This document shows positions 1 through 12,376 of a DNA stretch of 64,000 bases, piece after piece. Numbering within the stretch: the stretch's first letter is position 1; each line of letters begins with the position of its first letter. This DNA is from Octopus sinensis (lineage: Eukaryota), in assembly GCF_006345805.1 (NCBI RefSeq), contig NC_043011.1:29214464-29278463 (forward strand), written 5' to 3'. Below the pieces are notes generated by a model. The model searched no databases. It saw nothing but the letters and a program-made list of their open reading frames with translations, and was not told the DNA's origin. A program made the position numbers and the translations under genes.

Positions 1-716
1 TTCAAGGACTCACTTTTGATTTTAGTTATTCTCGTCTGCTGCAGATCAGTAGAGAAGTGCGCAATTATTTCTTGCAATGATATAATGCAGGATATACATA
101 CAAGGCAGGAAGTCAATGAGATGCTTAAACCATTAAGAAAAATCAATTGAATATGTCTGCATCCATCATCGATCAAGCTGATGTCATCAATAAATCTGAT
201 ACAGAGCTCCAGGCTGGCTCCAAGTTAAAATATTGACTGATAAGATATCAAAGAAAAAAATGAATAAATAAAGATATAAAACTAAAACAGATAGAAAAAA
301 AATATAAATAAATCGTTGAATTTAGAGTATCGCTGGAGGTATTTCCTGCAGGAAGTTCAAAGTTAAAAGTTCTTCTCCATTAGAATGTTTCTTTAACATT
401 TTGGTGATTAATCTTTGAGACTTGAAGCAAAGGGATTTAAATGATAAAAAAATACCCCAGAAAAGATGACGTTTGTTGATGATGATGATGATGATGATGA
501 TGGAGATGATATTGTTGATGATGGTGTTTAACCTGAAGTTAGATTTGATGGAGCAGAATTAGGATCAAAGATTTTCTAGTTGTGACATAGGACTTCATTA
601 TACTGTATGTAGCTTTGTTTGATTTAGAATAGGTATGCAGTGTGCATCATGGATTCTCCTGTTGTAGATGAAAGATGTGGGTTCTGCAAATTCTTGCGGA
701 ACATACCTGCACATGT

Positions 717-1110
717 GATTTGCATATAGAGATTTACCATCTTACTAACAATAACTCTGAGCACCTTTTCAAACTCCACCTGTCTTACACCCGTGGACAT
801 GTTTACAAAGTCAGAAAACAGCACAGCTCCCAAGACTTTCAGAAACATTTTCTCACGCTAAGAGTTGCTGAAGCATGGAACAAACTGCTGACATCAGTTG
901 TTAGTTGTCGAAGCACTGCATCCTTCAAAACTTCCATGCTTCCTGAGATTCGCCAACACTACACCTGATTTTCTCCCCTCCATACATACGCAAGCATGTA
1001 TCTGACTCATACACTGTTCACTTTCCAGACATTTGTACATTACTGCATATGCTTTATATGCACTTTTTAACAAGCTGTGGTGCACCTGAGCACTGTATAC
1101 AATAATTTCG

Positions 1111-1144
<34 letters not shown>

Positions 1145-1145
1145 C
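717..1145 (+). mobile_element. CR1-type LINE 3' fragment (ORF2 C-terminus, 3' UTR, (ATT)n tail)
   Basis: ORF 675-968 contains TRGHVYKVRK...HFLTLRVAEAWNKL...SFKT, the typical CR1 ORF2 C-terminal pattern; followed by a 3' UTR and (ATT)n. Near-identical copy at 44223-44622. Confidence 0.85.
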
Positions 1146-1162
1146 AATATTATTAAATATAT

Positions 1163-1350
1163 GAGCTGCACATAACTTACCTCTTCCATCAAATTGACAT
1201 CGCCTGTACTGGTGCACGGTGTGCCAGACATCAGATGTTGAAGTGATCACAGGGCAACAAGAGATGAAGTGTCTTGCTCAGGGTCATGATGCACTACCTG
1301 GACCAGGAATCGAAACTATGATCTTGTGACCGTGGGTGCAGTACCCAAAC
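1163..1350 (-). mobile_element. Degenerate tRNA-derived SINE (type D-like)
   Basis: Reverse complement contains gtttcgattcctggtcc (B-box-like) and tgagcaagacacttcat, as in the type D copies at 32326 and 51903. Confidence 0.55.
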
Positions 1351-1565
1351 CACAAGGCTACTCTCCAGTTGTCTCAACACAAAACATAGACTTAGCAGCT
1401 GTTTTTGGCAATCGAGTGACCATGTGGTGTATTATTACACTACATTGGAGTATTATCGTTGTTGTTATTGTTTGGTCCTTGGTCAGCCTTGGTCGGGCTG
1501 ATCTCTGATCACAGGCATTCCGGCCATGACTATCTCATCTTTGTAACAGCATGAATTAAATAATG

Positions 1566-2204
1566 CAGTTGTCCTCAAATGGGTTTGTACAACCCATATG
1601 GATCCATATGACCCCTAGAGGTCCATATAAAATTTCTGGGGGTTTCACACAAATGAAATAGTAAATTGGGGATTCACAGTAGTATTTTAAGGGTTCATCA
1701 TCATCATCATCATCATCATCTTTTTTCTATGCTGGCATAGGTTGGACGGTTTGACTAAAAACTGGTAAACTGGGGAGCTGCACCAAATTCCAATTTGATT
1801 TGGCATGGTTTTCTGTGGCTGGATGCCTTTCCTTATGCCAACCACTCAAAGAGTGAAGTGGGTGCTTTCTACATGCCACCAGCACATGTACCAGTTACAT
1901 GACCCCAGCATCAGCCACAGCTATGATCTCTTTTGGCTTGACAGGTCTTCTTAAGCATCATGTATCGCCAAAGAATAAGTCCTGGGGTTGATTTGCTTGA
2001 CTAAAAGCGGTGCTCCAGCCTGGCCACAGTCAAATGACTGAAACAAGTAAAAGAGTAAGGGAATGAGGGGAAAACAGAATAGTAATTTTGCAAGAAGTGT
2101 CAGTAGAACTAGTTTTTAAACATCAAATGGCTATAGGGGTCCACAAGAATAAAATAGTAATCAAAGGGCTTCATAGGTATATAAAAAAAAATTGAGAACC
2201 ACTG
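1566..2204. mobile_element. hAT-type MITE interrupted by an RTE-tail insertion and a SINE 3' fragment
   Basis: Termini cagttgtcctcaa / ttgagaaccactg; 8-bp flanks aaataatg / acctaatg (6/8). Nested RTE-tail at about 1695-1975. Confidence 0.6.
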
Positions 2205-2704
2205 ACCTAATGCGTTCTTTAAAATGCTAATGTATGATTTAAGGGAGATTTGGTTGCTATTTCTAGCGAGCATGCAGAAGCTTTCTTGTCTTGGTGCTGT
2301 TGTTCATAACATTGTATTTGGTGCTTAGTGGTGATGGTGGTAGTAGAGTTAGTATTGAGGACATGGAGGGGTTAGAGGCAGCAGTGGCAATGAAGGGGAG
2401 GAAGAGGAGGAGATGGAAGTAAAGAAGAGAAAGTGAGGGAAGAGTTTGCTTATTTCTGATGCATATCTCATCTTGTGAGACTCTCGCTATTTTACTCCTT
2501 CCCTTTGATGTATATGACATTTTCTCACTCACTCCTTCATACATACACACACACTCTCTCTCTGCCCCATATCTTTCCCTCTAATACTCATACCACTCTC
2601 TTTCTCTCAGTCACACAGCTGTCTCACTCACTTTCTCTCCCCATTTGGTGAGTACACCACACTCCTTCATTCCCTCACTATCATTCTCTCACTTATACTA
2701 CTTT

Positions 2705-2735
<31 letters not shown>

Positions 2736-2859
2736 CCTCTCTGTAACTTACACCACTCTCTCATGAATACATCACTCTGTCACTAACTCTGGTTCTCTTT
2801 ATGATTCTTACATCAAGCTCTTTCTCTCTCTGTCTGTCTCTCTAATACACCCCACCTTT

Positions 2860-2895
<36 letters not shown>

Positions 2896-3743
2896 ATGTT
2901 TACACCATGTAGAAAGAACATGTAAAAAGTAAAAAGTGAGAGTATGCATAAATGTAGGCAGCAGTTGTGTAGCTAACAAGTTTACATTGCAGCAACATGT
3001 AGTGGTTTGGCTCTTTACATCAAAAGGTAACTTAGCAATTTGATAAACAGAGATTGATGAAATAATTACTGGGGCATATGTGATCAGTTACAGTCCAATG
3101 AACAAAATAAGTGAAAAATAAACAAAATAGTATCTTATACTGTGTAAGAATAGTGGAAGGCAGATAAACAGTTGTAGAGATTGAGGTCAGAATTACATGG
3201 GAGAGGCTACAGTAAATGGGGCACAATGGGGAGATCGAGCATTGATGGTGGTTATGAGATAATGCTAAGAATGATAACAGATATGAAAGGTATTATAGAG
3301 AGATATGATAGGCTTAGGATGTGGCTTTGAGAAGAAAGAAAGAGATAACTGAAAACAGAGAAAGGAGATGCTTGGTGGAAGATAGTGTGAGAAGGGATGA
3401 GAATTAGGGATGGTGGTTAATATGAAGTGGTTCCAGAGGGAGAAGGTGGTAGTGCAAAAGCATGAAGAAATACATACTGATTCTTTCCCTCACTACACAG
3501 CAGCTTAGTAGAGCCATAGATAGAAGAGTGATGAAGGAATGGATATTAAGAAGATGAAATGTGGGGAATACTTGAGAAGGTAAACTGAGTGTAGGAAATA
3601 CGCACAACATGTACAGGCATAAGCATAAGTATTATATGTTTATATATATGTGTGTGTGTGTGTGTATATATATATATAAATATATATATATATATGCACA
3701 TACATATACATGTATGTATATATATATATATATATATATAAAT

Positions 3744-3973
3744 ATAACATAAGGGACTAAAGCCATCTGAATATGGCTAGGGACAGGGCAGGGTGGTGGG
3801 GGTGTTACTGTTGCATTTAGCCCCAGGCGAACATCGACGTCGCCAGATAGGCTTGACACCATAAGCCTATCTGGCAACGTCGATGTTCGCCTGGGGCTAA
3901 ATGCAACAGTAACACCCCCACCACCCTGCCCTGTCCCTAGCCATATTCAGATGGCTTTAGTCCCTTATGTTAT
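3744..3973. repeat. Near-perfect inverted repeat (111-bp arms, 8-nt spacer)
   Basis: 3744-3854 is the reverse complement of 3863-3973 with a single mismatch (3841/3876); spacer gacaccat. Confidence 0.95.
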
Positions 3974-4058
3974 CGAGCAGTTACTGTCTATATCTCTTTT
4001 AGAGAATTATTATATATAAATATATGTATATATATATGTATATATATATATATATATA

Positions 4059-4358
4059 TGAAAAAACAAGTAAAAAATAGAAAATGCTAAAATAATTTTA
4101 TAGTGAACATTTCAGTACCAGTTTCGGTCATTTTGAGACCTTTTCAACTGTAACGATTAAATAATTAAATTTAGAAAAATTAGAAGAAAAGTTTTTTTAA
4201 AAGAATATTTCTATAGTAGTGTTCAGATTTAAGTGGCATTCTGCCTTTCTCTGACTCCCTTGTTTGCACTTGTGTGTTCGAGGTAGTTGTGAGTTCTTGG
4301 TAGGGTAGTAGAGGGAAGGCTGGTGAGGAAAGGGGGGTGGGAGAATCTGGGAGTGCCA
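4059..4358 (-). mobile_element. (TA)n-flanked Penelope-like/retrozyme-like element carrying a hammerhead motif
   Basis: Bounded by (TA)n on both sides; contains the hammerhead-like motif at 4108-4155. Confidence 0.55.
4108..4155 (-). ncRNA. Minimal type I hammerhead ribozyme motif (U3-A8 variant)
   Basis: Minus strand reads cgttacag-TTGAAAA-ggtc-tcaaaat-gacc-GAAAC-tg-GTA-ctgaaatg. Stem I pairs at 7/8 positions, stem II is 4 bp, stem III is near-palindromic, and the cleavage triplet is GUA. Confidence 0.65.
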
Positions 4359-4924
4359 TATATATATACATATATTCATATATACATATATGTACATATG
4401 TTTATATATATATATATTATATATATATATATGTACATATGTTTATATATATATATATATATGTATATATATGTATTTAGATGTATGTATATGTATACAT
4501 GTGTATATATGTTTGTGTGTATGTACATACGTATGCATGTATGTATGTATGTATGTACGTATGTATGTCAGTAAATTGTCCATAAATCAGAAAACTTTCT
4601 GACCTGTTATATACCATTGCCAAGGATATACCACTCAACTACATAGTGTGTGTGTGTATGTGAGTAAGTGAGTGTGTGTGTGTGTGTGTGTGTGTGTCTA
4701 CATAAATATTTGGGTGTGATAATGTGTTAGTTTCTTTTAGTGTGTTTCCTCTGCCTTGGCATCGTTTACTACCACATAAGCATGTCATCATTTACATCTT
4801 CCATGAAAATATGTTCATCTTTTGAGTTGTTGACTTGTTTCCAAGCAAGCTATTTGCAAACAAGTTAATATTAGCACCAAGAAAAGCAAACTGCCACAGA
4901 AAAAAAAATTGCTTTGCTATAAGT

Positions 4925-5570
4925 ATTTGTTTCTTTATTACCCACAAGGGGCTAAACATAGAGGGAACAAACAAGGACAGACAAACGGATTAAATCGATT
5001 ACATCAACCCCAGTGCATAACTGGTACTTAATTTTTCGACCCTGAAAGGATGAAAGGCAAAGTCGACCTGGGTGGAACTTGAACTCAGAATGTAAAGCCA
5101 GACAAAATACCTATTTCTTCATTACCCACAAGGGGCTAAACATAGAGGGGACAAACAAGGACAGACATAGGTAGACATAGACATAGACAGACATAGCCAG
5201 ACAAAATACCTATTTCTTTATTACCCACAAGGGGCTAAACACAGAGGGGACAGACATAGGTATTAAGTCGATTACATATCGACCACAGTGCGTAACTGGT
5301 ACTTAATTTATCGACCCCGAAAGGATGAAAGGCAAAGTCAACCTCGGTGGAATTTGAACTCACAACGTAACGCAGACGAAATACCGCTAAGCATTTCGCC
5401 CAGCGTGCTAACGTTTCTGCCAGCTAGCCAGACAAAATACCATTAAGCATTTCACCTGGCGTGCTAACAAGGCAAAGTCGACCTCGGCGGAATTAGAACT
5501 CAGAACGTAACAGCAGACAAAATACAGTTACACATTCTGCCCGGTGTGCTAACGGTTCTGCCAGCTCACC
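4925..5570 (-). mobile_element. Concatenated and partially duplicated type B SINE copies
   Basis: tatttctttattacccacaaggggctaaac occurs three times (about 4925, 5110, 5210); aggatgaaaggcaaagtc and ggcaaagtcgacctc body segments are also repeated. Confidence 0.85.
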
Positions 5571-6264
5571 GACAAATAATACTTATAGCTTTGCTGTAAG
5601 TATTATTTGACCCATACTAGCTGAAAAATTTGGATGTTAAAACAAAAAAATAAAAAAACAACAAAAAGCGCATAAATTTAGGGAGCAGATATACAATAAG
5701 GTAAAATTAATTAATTCCATTAATGCTTGTACTTATAATCACTATTTCCCTATTTTAACATCATAACCATTTGAAGATTACTGCGTAAAGCAATTAAACA
5801 TAAGATGGATTTTTGATTAATTTCATTCAACAGTTTCTTTTATGTTTTTTATTGCTGCGTCAATATTTTTTTCTTTTTTCTTTTGATAAATTAGTTAGGT
5901 TTTTTGTTTTTTTTTTTTTGTCACTTAATTGCTATGAAAAAATTTTTGTTTTTTTTAAATGAATACTTCTGTAACTGATTCTTATTATTGTTCACGTGTT
6001 TGAAATTTCAAGTTAATAAGGGAAATTGTGGATGATTAACTTTTAACAAATGTTTTAAATGGACAATAGCGATGAAAAGTGTAATTTTACAAAGTGTTTT
6101 TTAAAAGGTGATAACACTAAAAGACGTCACCATCCACTTCATTTATAATACCATTACAAGCCATTTTAGGTTAAGTAATTTTCTGCTGCAGTAATTTAAA
6201 AATTAACATAATGAAGACTGTGTTGTTGAAGATGCAAAGTGTTTGCTGTCATTATTAAAGAAAC

Positions 6265-6298
6265 GATTATTATTATTATTGCTAGTAGTAGTAGTAGC

Positions 6299-6329
<31 letters not shown>

Positions 6330-6330
6330 A

Positions 6331-6386
<56 letters not shown>

Positions 6387-6388
6387 TT
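6265..6388. repeat. (TTA)n/(TAG)n microsatellite
   Basis: Direct reading; source of the poly-Leu and poly-Val ORFs. Confidence 0.95.
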
Positions 6389-6892
6389 GAATGAGAGAGC
6401 AGTTCATGCCATAAAAGTGACACTGGGGTAAAATATACAAAGCCCTGTATACTTATCATGACTACCCGTCTGATAAGGGTACATTAGGCATATGCATCAC
6501 AACCATATGTGTGCGACATGGTGATCTCATATCAGGATAAATAGTGCATGGCTTTGCTGGTGGGACCCAGTTAGTATTTTCTTCGGGTAGAGCAGCCCAT
6601 CCCATTCAAAAGGTCCCTGAATAAGGGTTGTTTAAGGATGTTGAACAAAATATACATGTTTCCAAAGGGGAATTCTCTAAATCCCAAAGAATTCCTCTCA
6701 ACACATGGCTATGATGCTCCCCCACTACTTCTGCTCGTGATCAGAGATGTACATATCGTCAGCCACCAAGGGACATGCTCAACTGGTTAAGGTCAAACAA
6801 CTGACAAGCAAATCTGTAGTATTGAGCAGAATATTTACTGTAACCCATCTTTTATACTAAGCCAAAACAATGTACATGATAACACTTCCAAT
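6389..6892 (-). mobile_element. Unclassified interspersed repeat (family E), 5'-truncated
   Basis: Reverse-complement homologue of 20739-21284 (for example gtgacactggggtaaaatatac and aaaaggtccctgaataagg). Confidence 0.8.
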
Positions 6893-9800
6893 GCCCCTGG
6901 ATAAAGCACCCCCACCCGCCCATTCTGCAGCCATTCTTCTTCGGTGTAGGAATACCTGGATTTATAAATGTAGAAACTATTATTGACATTAATTTTGGAG
7001 AATTGAAAGTTAACCTATTTGTAGCAGGAATATTCTGCAATCACCTGTTGTTGTGATTTGTTAGAATATTACTCATGCGATCAACAAAATCTGACCAATT
7101 ACGACTTTGCATGGAATAGGCTCCAGTGATGATTTCATTTTTTGGTGCACTTCTTTCAGAGCCTATCAATCAGTATAAATTCAGCACTCCATGACTGCTT
7201 GACAGGGTGCTTTGTGATGCAGTACAGAGAGAGAGAAAGCATTGAGAGATGGCTTTGTTTTTAATATGTGAAAAGGCAAGGAGGAGACATCAGACCAGAC
7301 ACAGGAGACAATACTTGAGCAGCAGCTGACAACACTGGCAACATCAAGCCAATGAACATCCAGTGACTGCAACACAATGACCAGCAGCCAACTTTTTGAC
7401 AACTGCTTCAACCACATCAATCCACGAACAATGTTTTGTCATTCATAGTAATGACAATAGTTGCTTTCTGTTTACAGGAAGAAAAAAATATTTTGTTTGT
7501 TAAAATCCAAATAGACTTAAGTGTTCTTTTTTTGTAACACTGGTGACATGAAGGCAAAAAAATAGCAGCCAGTACTAGTATGTACTTGTTGTGTAAGAGT
7601 ATGATACCTCCTGGCGATAATGTACTGGACCACTACATATAAATAGTAACGGTCTGAGCAAGTCAGGGAGTTCATGCTAGCTCCACAGTTTGTGTTTTGG
7701 TAGTTCAAAGTTAGAGTTCGAAGTTGAGGTTCGAGTTAGCATATTGGATTATTGGTTCTTAAATGATTGTTGTTATGTTCTGTGTGGTTACTACCATTTG
7801 TTTCAATTATATTGTTATTACACTGTTGTAGTGTATTCGTTTATCCATAATGATATAATATCTGGCAATAAGGATCGTTCAAAATTCACATTGGTTATTT
7901 GACAATTGCTGCATCATGGAAAACCTATTAGCTGCAGTAGTACAGCTTCAAGAGAAGCAACAGGAACAAATATAGGAGTTGCAAAAACAAAAACTACTAC
8001 AACAATAATTAATTGAGTTACCGACAGCAAAGTCTGAAAATCCAGTAAGCTTGTTTATGCCAGGCAACATGGCTAATACAATTTCTGATTTTATGTATAA
8101 TCCAGAAGAAGGTATTACGTTTCCCACATATTAAAGAAGATACGAAGAAATCTTTAACAAATGCAAGTCATGGTCGGAGGAGCAGAAAGTAAGTCTTTTA
8201 CTACACAAGGTAGCTCCTGCTGAACATGAGCATTACTGTAACTTTATTCTGTCCAAAAAGTCGAGTGAGACTGGTTTCCAAGAAATCATGGAACTGCTTT
8301 CAAAAATTTTTCATGAGAAAAGTTCATCATTCAACACCAGAATGGAGTGTTGGAACTTAACAAAAAAATGAGGGGAAGTATTTTATCACCTATGCCAGGG
8401 TTGTCAACAGTATATGTGGAAATTTCAAGCTCCAGGATCTCACTCAGGATATGTTCAAATCACTTATCTTTGTGCAAGGAATTATAGCATCTGAAGATAG
8501 AGAAATTCGGGCAAGGATTCTCTTGAAAATGCAGCAAGCAAACCAGGATTTATCTCTACAGACCATCACAGAAGAATGTCAGACTATGGTAAATCTTAAA
8601 TATGATGTGAGAAAAATACAAGATTAAAACTATGCAAAAATTCGAATGTGTCATCCTGGGAAGCAAAATCAAAAAAAAAGGTGTCAGGCCCTAATCCATG
8701 TTATGGTTATGGAGGCCTACACTATAAAAAGGAGTGTCAATTTAAAAACAGAAAGTGCTATAGTTGTCAGGAGTTGGGACACAGGAGTTTTCATTGTAAA
8801 ACAAGACTACAAGGCTCAAACACAAAATTCTAAAGTGTTTTCAGAGAGTGATCGCAACGGAAAAACAAGAAAATTCATGCACGTAAAAATAAATGATGTG
8901 AATACCAAATTACAGTTAGTGACATCTTTATTATAAGTGTGGATACTTAGAAGAAAACTGGTAAACCGAGATTATGCAAAACAGCAAAAATAGTAAAACA
9001 TGTATCAACATTTCGAGGAGAGACACATAAAGCAAAATTATTCATCATGGAAATTACAATCAATCTGTTTGGCACAGATTGATTAGAACTATTCGATTTA
9101 TGGCACCTCCCCATAAATCTTTACTGCAATAACATAAATAGTTGTCCCATTAAAAACAAATTCTTCAGAAGAACTGAAGAAAAAATTGAGAAAAATGTTC
9201 CCACAAGTGTTATCAGAGGTTTTAGGTCTATGTAGAAAGATGGAAGCTTGTTTCCAAGTAAGTGCAAATGCTGTACCTGCATTTAAAGCAAACAGAAAAG
9301 TAACATTCGTGGCAAGTGAAACTGTAAGTGAAAAGTTGGACAGACTTGAAGAAAGCTGGATTACTCAAAGAGGGCAGTACCTACAGTATGTATTAAAAAA
9401 AAAAATAATATGATTAGGCTTTGTGCCGATTTCTCTACAGGATTGAATGACTGCTTAATAACATACCACCATCCACTCCCGATTGCAGAGGACATTTTTG
9501 CAAAGTTAAACGGTGGAAAATTTTTTTCCAAATTAGATCTATCTGAGGCCTATTTATAGTAAAAGTAAATGAAAAATGCTCAAAGTATTTGACAATAAAT
9601 ACACATAGAGGATTGTACAGATACACACAATTACCAGCAATATTCCAGCAAATCATGGATACTGTGTTATGTGATTGTGAATTTGCAATCCCATACTTGG
9701 ATGATATTTTAATCAAGAGTAATTCTCGTGAACAGCATGTGGAGCACATAAAAGCTGTGTTTAAGAAAATTAAGATTTTCGAGTACTTAGGGCAAATAAT

Positions 9801-10122
9801 TGATAAAAGTGGTAGATGTCCTGACCCGTCGAGGGCAGATGCAATAAGGAATATGCCTGCACTGACAAATATTCCAAATTTACAAGCATTTCTTGGCCTG
9901 GTAAACTACAACTGAAACTACATTCCTAATATGCACAAGTTAAGAGCTCCAGTGAATGACTTATTAAAAAAAGGAGTAAAGTGGAATTGCTTCACTAAAT
10001 GGCAGAACACTTTTGAAGAAATGAAAAAAATTTTAATCTCAGATTTACCATTAGCACATTACGATCTCGAAATGGACATCATTGTAGTGTCTGATGCTTC
10101 TGAGCATGGATTAGGTGCAGTT

Positions 10123-10355
10123 CCTCATCATCATCATCATCTGCTTTCCATGCTAGCATGGGTTGGACGATTTGACTGAGAACTGGCGAACCAGATGGCT
10201 GCACCAGGCTCCAATCTTGATCTGGCAGAGTTTCTACAGCTGGATACCCTTCCTAACTCCAACCACTCTGAGAGTGTAGTGGGTGCTTTTACATGCCACC
10301 AGCACAGGGGTCAGTCAGGCGGTACTGGCAACGACCTCACTCAAATGACTTTTTC
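10123..10355 (-). mobile_element. RTE-type 3' UTR/tail insertion within the gypsy RNase H
   Basis: (CAT)n-ctttccatgctagcatgggttggacg...ggataccctt cctaac; the RNase H frame (GAV / ILHKYKDG) resumes after it. Confidence 0.85.
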
Positions 10356-11814
10356 ACGTGTATGTATATAAATTTTTTAAAGCTTCTTTTATTTTTGTAA
10401 TATACTCATCACCTGCAGCTTTCATCCTTATATCCTGTGCCATCACTGGTAGTTCTTGGATAACGTTTGGATACTTCATAAATACAAAGACGGAAGTACA
10501 AAACCAATGGTTTATGTTTCATGCTCACTAATTGTGGTAGAGAAGAGATATAGTCAAATTGAAAAGGAGGCCCTAACAATTATTTTTGCAGTTAAAAACT
10601 TTCACAGATTTCTGCATAGTAGACCATAGACCTTTGCAGTCAATTTATGAGTATAAAAAGAGTTACCGACTCATAATGCGACCCGCTTGCAATGTTGGGG
10701 TGTAATGTTACTAAATTATAATTTCAAAATGCAATACATTCCATCGCAAAAATCAGTCATGCAGACTGCCTTTCGAGATTAATTCCAAAATATATGGAAC
10801 CACTTGAAGAGACTGAGGCAGAAAGTGAAATTAAAAGTGTTATGACAAACGTTATCCAAGAACTACCAGTGACGGCACAGGATATAAGGATGAAAGGATA
10901 TAAAGATGAAAGGATATAAGGATAGCAGGTGATGAGTATATTACAAAAATAAAAGAAGCTTTCAAAAATAAACAATAAAAATTCTGATGCCAGTAGTTTT
11001 TCAATTTGCAGCAATATTCTGATGTATGTCCAAAGAGTGGTGGTTCCAATTACATTACAAAAAGGTGCATTGCAACAATTTCACAGCAGACATCCAGGAA
11101 TGACAAGGATGAAGGCTCTGATGAGGAGTTATGTCTATTGACCATCTATGGACTGAGATATCAAAAACTCATAGCCAAAGCCCTGCCGGTAAAATATCAA
11201 TCATGGCAGAGACAGAGAACCCATGGCCTAGGTTATATATTGACTATGCCAGATTGGTAAATGGCGCTTACTACCTAATCATAGTAGATAGCTGTAGTAA
11301 GTGTCCAAAGGTCTGCAGGTGCTATAAACCAACCTCTAAGACAGCTATAAAGTTCTTACATGACTTGTTTGCTTCATATGGGGTCCCTGGCACACTTGTT
11401 TAAGACAACGGGACACGGTTCTCTGGGTATGAATTCAAGAACTTCTGTGAAAGGCATGCAATAAAGCATATTTTCACTCCACCCTACCACCTGAGGTCAA
11501 ATGGGCAGGTAGAAAGATTTGTGGACACTTTTAAGAGAGTGTTAAGAAAAGCAAGGGGGGAATTAAGAAATGATGAAGCACTGACAAATTTCTTAAGAAT
11601 ATACAGAGTGACCCCCAATCCAAATACAAATTCAGGGAATTCTCCCACAGAATTTATGTTTGCAAGAAAAATAAAATCCAGAGAAAAAAAAATAGGTGTA
11701 AAGGAAATACAAAAGAGCCAATGAAATACGTCAAGATAAGTGATAAAGTGCATTTCAATACCTATAGAAATGGTAAAGAAGGCAGGAAAGATAGCCTTGT
11801 TACCAGAAAAATTG

Positions 11815-11949
11815 GAAGTTCAAGTTAGTATGTTGGATTGTTGGTTCTTAAAAGATCGTTGTTATATTCCATGAGGTTACTGTTATTTGTTTCGATCATA
11901 TTGTTATTAAACTGTTTCAGTGTATTCGTTTATCCATAAGGATATAACA
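11815..11949 (+). repeat. Truncated 3' LTR
   Basis: Aligns to 7726-7860 with about 22 mismatches in about 135 nt (hand count); abuts deleted integrase sequence. Confidence 0.9.
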
Positions 11950-11996
11950 GTACTCAAGCTCTGTTCCAAGTTGACTGACAATTTCAATGTTTACAC

Positions 11997-12343
11997 TTAG
12001 CCGAATTTCCAATACAACAGGAATTGAGAAACCTCCTTGTTAAACCCCACACAGTCTAAAAATAAATAAAGTCAGTTAAAAATGTTTAAATAGATTGTCA
12101 GAACAGAATTGAGATGTTTACAAATGTCTGCTTGTTGGCAGAGAGCAGATACTTCCAGGGAGGAAAGAGAAAAGTATAGATCATTTACAACTGACAGAGG
12201 TGGAGCAAATTCTAGAATGTTCTCGTGAAGAGTAATAGGAAGTCGACCAAACATATCCAGAGGTTGACTTGAAGTTAATTGAAAGCGAAAGATTTCAAGT
12301 GGAGAATAATAGCAATATCTTACAAATGAGCGGATGTGAGTCT
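11997..12343 (-). CDS. Candidate two terminal coding exons (12343-12122 and 12055-11997) of an unidentified gene
   Basis: Open frame in repeat-free sequence (ETHIRSFVRYCYYSPLEIFRF...LCQQADI); 66-nt GT-AG intron 12121-12056 with ctgac branch and tttatttatttttag acceptor; continues YCVGFNKEVSQFLLYWKFG*. No homologue recognised. Confidence 0.3.
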
Positions 12344-12376
12344 CTGTCAGCTCATAGTAGCAGAGAACTAATATTG

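Larger units (their letters stand above)
7587..11949 (+). mobile_element. Decayed Ty3/gypsy LTR retrotransposon (Mag/K02A2.6-like)
   Basis: Perfect 5-bp TSD GTACT (7582-7586, 11950-11954); TGTT...AACA termini. 5' LTR about 7587-7860; PBS-like tggcaataaggat at about 7863; gag from about 7916 (YNPEEGITF); CCHC knuckles at about 8698-8800 (CYSCQELGHRSFHC); RT YLDDIL at about 9700; RNase H (VVSDASEHGLGAV, YSQIEKEAL); integrase (WPRLYIDYA, PYHLRSNGQVERFVDTFKR). Many stops and frameshifts. Confidence 0.93.

Noticed and set aside
40-715. Minus-strand RFIDDI motif and other coding-like stretches
   Set aside because: Short, stop-riddled in all frames, no supporting RT motifs or consistent splice structure.
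2930-3620. Possible decayed Penelope GIY-YIG region on the minus strand
   Set aside because: Only a vague YGSTK resemblance amid many stops; too weak to call.
6900-7476. Possible exons next to the gypsy element (acceptor at about 7476)
   Set aside because: All frames stop within about 17 codons; could be UTR but unsupported.
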